The notes under the pieces: model-generated
Told to the model about the DNA's origin: nothing
The model's database searches: none
Seen by the model: the letters and a program-made list of their open reading frames with translations, nothing else
Part shown: piece after piece, positions 11,439 to 21,086 of the stretch
How the letters are laid out: each line of letters opens with the position of its first letter
Position numbering within the stretch: the stretch's first letter is position 1
Translations under genes and position numbers: made by a program
Origin: Amphiscolops sp. MND2022
Taxonomy: Eukaryota
Assembly (NCBI GenBank): GCA_964187785.1
Contig: OZ076410.1
Coordinates: 78,988,001-79,052,000, forward strand
Reading direction: 5' to 3'
Length of the DNA: 64,000 nucleotides

Positions 11439-13920
11439 CTAACTAACACTGTCAGCCTGATCTTTCACATGAGGCAATCCGGAACAGGGGATGTACAGAC
11501 GGATCGAAGGACACAAGTCCACCAAATCAGTCGAAACTTCACGAAGGTCTTGAAAGGCAACGGACCCCTGACGGATGCATTTGCGCAGTAGCCATCTGCC
11601 CTCAGTCCAATCCTCGCAGACAGCACTTTTCAGCCTAATGATGACATAGTCCACCAAGCTCGTCACTTACACCATCTCGAAGACGTCCTGATGAGCCTGT
11701 CGCAGACATTGTAAAACAACTTCCTACCGCTGAACAACTGGAAAACTGTCGATGAACAACAAACCGCTTCCCATCGCTACGATTGTCTTCTATCGCGCGG
11801 ATCAGCAAAGGACCCGCGCCACTGACAAATAAGGAGACGCGCTTTTGGCACATTGTTAACAAACTGAATCAAAGAAATCAACTCAGACTTAGACATCATC
11901 TGAGCTAATACTTCTTGTCCAATGCATATTTTCCTCAAGGAATTGTCCAACCAGCATACGTAAAACAGTGCATGTTCATTCTGTTTCCCGACAGGACTAA
12001 GAATCAGACGCAGCCAACGCGGCGCGAGCCCCTGATAAAGTAAAGCCTGAAGCAAAGTCGCCATGAAGATCAGAAAGTTCTACCTGACATGTATATCGCA
12101 GAACCCCGCAAAGCAAAACAAAGCCCAACGACCCACTCATAGCACATTTAGTAATTATCCTTACCACAGTCTCAGTTCGACTCCAATTCAACTGATACTC
12201 CGGAACACTTTCCCCAGAGAAACACGAAAACACGCCCACAGACGTCGCAGTAGAGTGAAGTCGCCACCACTACGGAGCCACACGCAAACTGAAGAGATCA
12301 CCGTCATAAACGGGACCTTTGACCCCACTTACACATGTTTGGGCAACAAGTCCTCGGAAAAAGGGAATGTCTGCCAGGTCGACAAAAAGTCGGGCTTTGA
12401 ATTCTGCTATTTGATTCGCTGACAACTCAATAGGCTCTAACAACCTTTAATACACGGGCAAACCCGTGCGCACTCTATAATACACATCCCGATTCCAGTG
12501 CCCATCTGAAGAAAAATGTCGCTTAAATTCACCCGCATCGTGAGCTTTCAATCGCAGAAGAAATACGTGGGGTCTCAGCACTTCGCACCACTCACGAATT
12601 CTGGGTATATGGGATGCGAAGACAGCATCCGTCTATGCAACGGCTTGCGGCTCCCATAATTGCGCACTCGACGCTGACAGCGATCTCCAATCTATTTAGA
12701 CAGCTTCGTAAATCCTACAAACAGCACAACAAACTACATAATGACAAAAGCAGAGACTCTCGAAGACAACACACTCTAACAACGTTACCGCATAACTACC
12801 GTACAACAAAAAACGCTAACGTACCTGTCTCAATACTCTGCACAGTACGACTCTGCACTTCCGCAATCCAAGGAGGACCAAACTGTGCCAAATCGCCAGG
12901 ACTTAACGGAGTGCTGCCGGGGATTGCTTCCGAATTCTCCTCATCGCCTACAAAAACAGCCATCACAATTACACAAAAGAAGAGAAGGAAAAAAGAGAAG
13001 ACTAGCAATGGGAGTAAAAGTAAGGCACAGAACAACGAAAACGGCCCACAAACAGTAAGACAGTATACACTCACAGAAAATAACAATTACTAACTACTCC
13101 GTTCCCCATGCATAAGCTCCTGCAAAGTAGGAGAGCGGCCACCTATCCGTTGTTGTGGCGGAGTAGTGAAGTTCACGGACAGCTCCTGAGAAGAATCTGG
13201 TTTCATGCTGTCGACAATCACAACGTCGCCTCCACCCGCATCACCCTCACCATCTTTTGGGGTAGGCGGATTAGCCTCACCTACTCGAGGCTCATCATCA
13301 GCAGTATCATCTGGCAGCTGAGAAACAATTCCCTCAGCACCCCGTGAACATGCAGGTTCAACATCAGGAGCCAACGACTCATCCAGCGGAATGAAGCTGC
13401 AGGGAAGAGGTAACAAGCCCTGATCTAGAGAGGACAGTCGTCAGGGCAGCATTGATGGACTCAGGAGAGAATGCCTCAGTTATAGAAGGAAGCCCCGTGG
13501 GAGCCTCGGACTGTCCAGCGCTCGTGAAAGTGTTATCCACGGGAAGAGCAATGGGTTGAGTTACTGAAAACCAAGATCTGGTTCGACGCGTCAGAGTTAC
13601 GGGTAAGACTTTAAAGGCTGATCACCAAAAAAAGTCCAATTACCCATGGAAATCAGAAAGATTTTACCAACCCGAAATAGAACGAAAAAATTCCACATCC
13701 GAAATGATGACGTCATCGTCAGTAAAATTGAATGTCGTCTCATTACCACTGACGAACCCAGACTTGGGAGCAGGAGTGAAAGTGAGGAGATCAGAATCTT
13801 TATCCATGACAAAGAACCAGCGGTTATCTTCACAGCAACTTGAAAAAACCAAAAGTTTGGAAGGAAAATCTACGGAACTACCCTGAGAAAAGAAGATCAA
13901 CAACATTATTACAATGAAGC
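11439..13920 (-). pseudogene. Further degenerate antisense ORFs of Gypsy element 1 (about three units, one with a TM-like segment)
   Basis: Chains of minus-strand ORF pieces 11439-12420, 12420-13086 (hydrophobic LFCALLLLPLLVFSFFLLFFCVIVMAV) and 13090-13906; two end in AGT-TAG. Confidence 0.4.
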
Positions 13921-14550
13921 TGAAAGGAATTATCTTTTCTTCAACTTCACTGAAAGTCTATTACGGCATCGACGGAACAAAACGTTTCCAAGAATAGTAC
14001 GGATGATTCAAAATTCATCAAGAAGTTCTGAAGAAAAGATTTCAAGAAAAGCCATCTTGAAAATTACGTCACGTGAACGTAATTCCTTCGAGAAGGAATT
14101 AGTGACGTCATCATGTCGTTAACCGAGAAAAGAACGAGAACTAAAATTAGAAGCTTTCGTTTCAGCGTTTCAGCCAATCACACACAGATAGAAGCAAAAC
14201 GCTTCCCGAACCTAAGTCGGACTGGAATGAAGGAAGGAATAGCGACCAATAGAATTTCAGTGAAATGCACGAGTGGAAGAAAGTTGACCTCTCTATTTGC
14301 GGTACATCGAACCGAAAAACAGTTTACTAAGGTTTGAAACAAAATCTAATCGAAAGCAAATGGATAACTACGCCCTCGTAAGCGACATCTCCTCTGACGA
14401 AGAGAATACCAAAAAGAGCACCTCTATCAAGACCCTCTCGGTGAATATGGTTGGAAGGCTAGACCTAAGCGACTCCTCGGTTGAAGTCTGGCGGGGAAGT
14501 GACGTGGAATTAAACTCCACATTCGGATCAAGTTGCTCACCGAATAAATT

Positions 14551-15042
14551 AACAAGACGAGAACGTCTAAAGTCGGCGCCATATCTAAGGCTCAAAAAGC
14601 GTTAAACACTTTTTTTGGAAGAAAATGAAACTTTTGATAAAAATTTTTTCTTTCAAAAGAAGTCGCATAGTGCCAAAAAATGTAAAAGGGGGGACCCTTC
14701 TGGATTTATTAACAAACATTCCGTTGCAAAATATCAAAAAACTCAAAGGGGGGACCCTTTGGGGACATTTAAAAATTTTCGAAAAAAAGTCGCACAGTCC
14801 CGAAAAAAATCCAAAGGAGGGACCCTTTGGGCACGTCCGGTTTTGTATGTTTCCTTGAAGAAGTAAAAAATGAAAGGGGGGACCCTTTGGAGTAAAGTTT
14901 GCCTTGGGCGGACTTGGCCTCAGGTGCTCTGCGCAGAATTGTAAAAAGTGGACCGATCAGTGTGAGGATTGTAGTCTGAAGAAAAGAAAGTCACTGCTAT
15001 AGTCGGGCATTTTTTCTTAAAAGAAAAACGCGCCGACTAAAA
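14551..15042 (-). mobile_element. DINE-1/HINE-like non-autonomous Helentron inserted in the Gypsy 3' region
   Basis: Minus strand starts TTTTAGTCGGCGC with a nearby inverted CCGACT and ends GCGCCGACT plus hairpin AGACG-TTCT-CGTCT plus TGTT; T-rich flanks, no TSD; same family at 47816 and 54500-57461. Confidence 0.7.
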
Positions 15043-15367
15043 ATAAGCCCGATCAAAAAGAAAGACGTCAGAGTAATGTTCGATCTACCTGCCGCAGAAG
15101 ATTCTGATGACTACTATCAAGAACCGGCCACCCCCGAAAGCAGTCACCATTGAGACCCTCACAAAAGGCAAATGTTTCTCCCAATTGAAGACAGCCGCAG
15201 AATTACTTAACGATCTAAATGATCCAGGCTAGACCTGGAAGAGAAAGACCTCTAGGTGTCTACTGGACGCGGACGTGGTCCGCACAAGTCAAGGACTTAC
15301 TCCAAGCAGCCCCCAGTAAAGATCACGAAAGAAATTTTCCACTGCCATTGTCTTCCAGCGTTTTTAG

Positions 15368-15382
15368 CGACGAGAGGGGCCC
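15368..15382 (+). promoter_or_regulatory. Polypurine tract of Gypsy element 1
   Basis: Purine-rich GACGAGAGGGG just before the TGTCACG start of the second LTR. Confidence 0.6.
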
Positions 15383-17730
15383 TGTCACGACCCGCTCCCG
15401 GTCGTAATTTTACTTGCTGTTCGCGCCTTCCTGGATTTGGAAAAGGACGCGGCCGTGGGTAATGTAAATAATACTAAACTATTTCTAATTTACCTAAACC
15501 TACTTACGGTACAACTGAATTATCTGCAGATATTTTTCCGAACATATAACCCAACATAAGTGTTAGGGAGTATTTTAGAAATGATTGCAGAACTAACTAA
15601 AACTTCCGGTTTAAGGTTTTCACATGTAACGTTTTTCTCTATTTTCGGTTTCGTTTTCTGAAATTTCCATGCTAATCTAAATACTAAAACAGAAACTTTT
15701 TTCCAAAATGTGATCACTTCTTTCTTCTCCACACTAAAATGAAACATTGAAGATAATATTTAACTCCGCGATCCCAATGGAGTTTATACAATCTAAAATG
15801 AAAAGAACATGTAAATTAGTATAGAGGAAATATTTTCTAGTTTTAAAGTAGTTGTTAATATCCACTTAAAACCCCAGTCAAGTGATTTTGCAGTGATTTG
15901 TAAAGTTTACAACGTTATGACACAGTCACTCAATTAGCTAGCAACCGGTGTTTCTATTTTTACGGACCAATAGCGTCGCCCCTCTACTAGATTATTTGAG
16001 CTTAACTCAGCAAAATTAAGCTTGGTTGCCCCTAGCAACGCCAATTAGCTGAGTGAAAGAGAATGGTTTCGCCTACGCTCTCCGCTTTTTCTCCGCTAGC
16101 CACCGCTGCTCAACTATACCCAATCTTAATACGTACGGAGCGACTACGGGGCAGATTGTAAAATTGTACTCCACTGCTCAGCTATAGCTAATCTAAATGC
16201 GTACGGAGCGTCTACTGATCGATTTGTAAAATAGTAACCATGAAGTATTTGTTGAAATGAAATTCAAACGATGTTTTTCTGAATTGACGCATTGAAAGGA
16301 TTTTAGGAATAGGATTTCTCATGACAAAAGCTGTACTGTAAGGAAGAATTGGAAAACTTGAATTATGACCTCAAAACGAGATAAAAACGTAATTGTTCAC
16401 AATGTGCATTTGTTTACTTACTGAGCTAAAAGTCTGATTTTGGAATTTTGTGTCCTTTTGTCTAACGGACTGTGTCCGTCAAAATCATGTAGCATTTGTG
16501 TTGAAGTAATAATGTTCCCCCAATGAATCTTGTAATCTGTTAATGCCAGTTTACCGTTACTTTGTAGTGTTGTAACTATAGCCATACCATGCATGAATTT
16601 GTACTAATATCTTGGTTGTTTTGTATGGAAAGTTCCAATCGCTTCAGTAATTTTTTTCGTGTTTTAACGTATTATATCCGTAATACCTTGTTCAAGTTCG
16701 TTGTGACCTTGTCATTTTAATCTTTTTGTTATTACCGCAATTGCAATTTTCGCAACAAGTAAACAAGTCTTTTTCAGCATCCTTTGTTTTTTTAAATTTT
16801 TAAATATTTTCCATTCTCAAAATTCTTTGCTCCGTTTCATTTCCGTCATCATTTTTGCGAGTCATACTTTTGCATCGAATCTCGGCTTTCCTAAGTAGGG
16901 AATTGACTAATTGATCACCCCAGCGTGCCTACGCTATTGAAAACGTCAGCTAGACATATACTTTGCCGCAATTTTGAAGCTCAAAGAGGAAATGGGATTG
17001 CCTGAACAAAAATGATATCAACAAAGTTTTACGGAATAGTGACGCAACTAGGAATTTCAATGCCTGATTTTCTGACGCGGAACTAAAATAATTTGAATCA
17101 TTAACGCTTTTTGATTAACAAACCCAGTTTTTATGATACCTAGGATATTTTAGGTGAGGAACAAATGATGCTAGGGAAGTATAAACATGTAGAATCATGT
17201 AAAATTAATCAATCAATTCTGTATTTGTTTTCAAGTTTAATTGTTTCGTTGTATCAACAAAAAACTTTCTCTGACGAATTCACTGGTTCCAAAGATCTTC
17301 TTTCTTCTCAAAATGACAACTAGAAGTCAAAAAAGGAAATCTGTAGCCGAATTAGCTTCCGGAAAAATCGGGGCTTCGGTAGCTGAAAATAGCTGAAAAC
17401 CTAGTAGCTGGGCATAGCAAAGCTGTTAGAACATCTTTGAGGTTCTAACCTTCTTTGAGGTTAGAACATCTTTGAGGTTCTTTGAGGAACAAACTGTGAG
17501 ATAAAACATCTTTGAGGAAAGAAATCATATCTGATCTAACAAAGATACTAGCTGAAAATCAAAAGGAAATGCTCAAATTGATAGCACCTTTGAGTAAAAA
17601 ACAGCCAATACACCTGAACAGTCAAGACTCTGATTTTGAGCCAGAAACCATCTCCGTTGCCAGAACGTCTACACCTGTAAAAAAATAAATGCGACTAGCT
17701 TAAAAACTACACCAATCAATAGTCGTAACA
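15383..17730 (+). repeat. Second LTR (~2.35 kb) of Gypsy element 1
   Basis: Colinear with 1684-3913 (roughly 90% by eye), same TGTCACG..CGTAACA ends, includes the gag start ATGACAACTAGAAGT at ~17313. Confidence 0.8.
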
Positions 17731-18070
17731 AAGTGACAGGAGTCCTCAAGGACTCAACGAACCAACCCACAAAATGGCCGAAACAACAACGTACACCTAG
17801 CGAACAGACCAAAGACCGTCCATGAACTTCTAAAATTCTGTTGGCGCCTCAACTGCAAACTTTCCCATCCACCAACTTGTTCCCAATGCCGCAAGCTCTT
17901 ACAGCTTCGCTACCCGTTTTCGATGCTAAGTCTGAAAAGTTTGAACGTTTTGAGGACCTATTCCGAAAGAACATCAAAATGTACCCTCATCTAACTAAGA
18001 TACAAAAAATCAACTACTTTCATTCGCTACTACAAGGAAACGCACTTCGAGCGTACTGCAACCTCGAGGG
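17731..18070 (+). mobile_element. Truncated second internal segment (PBS plus gag piece) after the second LTR
   Basis: Nearly identical to 3914-4252; ends at ..CAACCTCGAGG where LINE sequence begins. Confidence 0.85.
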
Positions 18071-19322
18071 TCAGAAATTCCAAACAAACAAAATCAGAAA
18101 TAGACATTCTCCAATTCTCCTTCGGTGATATTATCGAGGATCAGAAACAAATTGCAACCCTATCAAACTATCGATTTTCAAAGTTAGGAAACTATTTAGG
18201 TAAATTGTCTATAAACGACAAATTGCTGAAAATACATTTTAACGATGAAATTTACAACTTTCAAAATATCAGTCTTTTCACTTAAAAAATTACTAAGGAG
18301 TTCAACATACGGAAACCTCTGGGTCCATCCAACATCCCCGCATAGGCTCTGAAGGACTGTTCAAATATCCTCGCCGAACCTCTATGCTTCTTTATCAATG
18401 CTTTAATCACTGAAGGAATTTTCCAAGCATCTTGAAAGGAGCACAAATTACTCCCATTTTTCAAAAAAGGTAATTCAGAAGACCTCAATAATTACAGACC
18501 GCTTTCGATTACTTGTGCACTATCGAAGATCTCGGAAGCATTTGACTCCATGTGTCATGATGTTCTAATAGAGAAATTGAAAGGTATGAACTGCAGTGAT
18601 AAAGCCTTATCAATGATAAAAACATATCTTCAAAATCGGATACAAAAGGTCATCCTTCCATCTAGTTCTACCGATTGGATAAAATTATATCAGGGTGTAC
18701 CACAAGGCTCCATAATGGGTCGCCTTTTTTATAACGTTTATGTTTACTTTATGAAATCATCTGTACAGAGACCAACACAGCTTGTACAGTATGTTGACGA
18801 TACCTTTCTGTATTCAGCAAGTGGAAATTTGGAACAACCCATAAAAGATCTTGACACTAATATAAAAAACGTGATACTTTTCTTTGGAAGACACCGCCTC
18901 AACGTAAACGCTGACAAAACCTCTTTTGTAAAAAGTCACATAATCATATAGCTGATCATCGTCAATTGAAAGTGAAAAATGAATTCATTGAACAATCCAA
19001 ATCTGCAAAATATTTAGGCGTTTATCTAGACCAAAACCTGACATACCAAATGGAAGTGCAAAACATCCTCCGTAAAATGGCTACAGGTATAAAAGTCTTG
19101 TATTCTATCCGGAACATCCTACATGAAAAAACACGTCTTCTACTGCTGAATTCACTACGTCTAAGTCATCTCCATTACTGTTCTATTTTGATAAATGGTA
19201 TTCCGCAGAATCTTCGGTTAACTTTAGAGAAACAATTAAGCTGGGCTGTGAAAGCTTGCTTTCACAAGAAGAAATACGATTCATCGAGAGATCTCAAGTT
19301 ACAATACAAATATTTACCTGTG
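18070..19322 (+). mobile_element. CR1/L2-type LINE ORF2 RT region (degenerate, internal deletion)
   Basis: VRNSKQTKSEIDILQFSFGD.., KPLGPSNIPA, PIFKKGNSEDLNNYRPLSIT, GVPQGS, QYVDDT, KYLGVYLDQNL, LSHLHYCS; same family as 51051-52490. Confidence 0.9.
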
Positions 19323-19744
19323 GGAAGCATTTGCTCTTGGGACTGTATTTGAGCCAAGACAGCGGTCAAAGCGGTCACCATGGCGGGGGATATTCCGGCA
19401 TCTAAGTTGTTAGTAATTAACTCGAATTGGGAGATACGTTGCACTTGTGTAGTTATCCTTTGTCCCATCACAGGAGAGTTGTTGTCAGATGGCAGATTAT
19501 TATGATTGTTTTCCATGAATAAACCAAAATTAAAGCTCTCTGAGAAAGAGCCATGGTAATTGCTACAAAATTAAAAAACTAAGTGTTACAATGAGCATTT
19601 CAGGGTCAATGGAAGAAGGGTAAACTTAAAGTAAACTTGAAACAGGTAACGACATATTTAAATGAACGAAAGTTAGGTCTCGGGAAAAAGCGTAATGCTA
19701 GCGATCGAAGCATACGTCCGATCGTGTAAAAAGATTGATTACGC

Positions 19745-20299
19745 TGCATCGGCGAAATTATCTTTGAGGCAATGATAGAAACTGGACAGGAGCTCTAGAC
19801 ATGTAAGTAGGACGTCAGAGGTCAAGGGACATCATGGGATTGAGCGAGTTATGAGTAGATGTATAGTCTGCGAATACCCATTAACTATGAAAAGAGGTAA
19901 CGATATGACTGCGCCCAATTCGCGAAGTAAACGAAAAATGTTATCTGTTCCGACCTCGCGGGACACATAGCGAAGAGTTTCTGAATTGGACTCGAGTGAT
20001 GCTGGACAACACAATACTATGTTTTGGGGAGCTTGCAGGAAGACTGACTGATCATAGGTAATATATGACACAAGCTTTGGACGTAGTGGTTCAGGGTAAG
20101 TGATTTCACGACCAGGTGGGACGTCGGCTGGCAAGGTATGAGGGTGGTGACGTCCACGAATGGGAGGCAAGACTTGCCATACTGAACGGGGGGGGAGAAT
20201 TGATCTATTGTCTCTTTTTGCACGGAACCAAACATCAAGGGCTGCTAGGGCCAAGTGTATGGATATCGGGTTTTTCAATGTGTGGATCCATTCGTCCAA
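19745..20299 (-). pseudogene. Second macrodomain-like accessory ORF of Gypsy 2
   Basis: APQNIVLCCPASL...IHLLITRS then, past a TGA, PLTSDVLLTCLELL; parallels macrodomain HCISED..IYYLITKK..PTYENLQKSLEAM. Confidence 0.4.
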
Positions 20300-20318
20300 G
20301 AACCGTATCCTAAGGAAG

Positions 20319-21086
20319 TTAGTGAGAAGTGGAATAAAACATTTCTATCAACCTGGAGAATTCAAGTTTCCCGCGGTATGAATCAATTGTTTGGAAGCAT
20401 TGGATGAGATCGGTAGGCATGATGGTGCGTAGGTTCTCCAGACAGCTGCGAAGTGTTTCTGGCGTCACTAGGTGGCTCGATTGTGCGGCAGCAACCAACA
20501 GGCACAAAAGTTGCCTAGGGCAGTATATTCCACCAGGTTCCACTGAAATCCCATATTTATCATGTGGCAAATCAGCGGATATGCCGCGGGTCATTTGGAT
20601 AGGTTCACGTTCGACGTTGAGTGGGCCGAAAGCTATGTTAGGAGGAATGGGAGGCTTTGTCACAGCTAAAATGATTTCCAATCCTTTATTATCATAGGTC
20701 CACTGCTTGAACGGAGGACAGGGAGCCTTGGCTACCTCGCATTTGGACATTTCGAATAAAATACGTTCAAGTGGGTAGTTCGCCTGTCGTTCGAGGCCAG
20801 TGTATATCTTTTCAGCACGAATAACCAATCGGGGGACCATGTCGTGGGTGCATGATTCTTTGGGCAGGTCAGCTCCCCGGGTTTTAATTGAGCACCCGAC
20901 ATTTATTTGCAGGAGGCATACGCAATCACGTAGTCCACATGTTCCACAACGATAATTTGGTGTCCTTATCTTGCGAAGCTTATATCGTGTAGATGTTTCT
21001 GGTGGTTGAGAGTCAGGGTCAGAAAAAAATTGAGCACTGGGTGCCATTCGCGTTGAGTCCGAGTCACTCGATGGAATCATTGACAT
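20319..21086 (-). CDS. Accessory ORF of Gypsy 2 with a C-terminal Poa1p/TARG1-like macrodomain (degenerate)
   Basis: IQMTRG..ISAD, LVTPETLRSCLENLRT and GKLEFSRLIEMF parallel TARG1 ITYVKG..ISED, KPTYENLQKSLEAMKS and RLQWENVSAMIEEVF; Cys cluster near the N-terminus (YRCGTCGLRDCVC). Confidence 0.5.
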   Translation of the reverse strand: MSMIPSSDSDSTRMAPSAQFFSDPDSQPPETSTRYKLRKIRTPNYRCGTCGLRDCVCLLQINVGCSIKTRGADLPKESCTHDMVPRLVIRAEKIYTGLERQANYPLERILFEMSKCEVAKAPCPPFKQWTYDNKGLEIILAVTKPPIPPNIAFGPLNVEREPIQMTRGISADLPHDKYGISVEPGGIYCPRQLLCLLVAAAQSSHLVTPETLRSCLENLRTIMPTDLIQCFQTIDSYRGKLEFSRLIEMFYSTSH

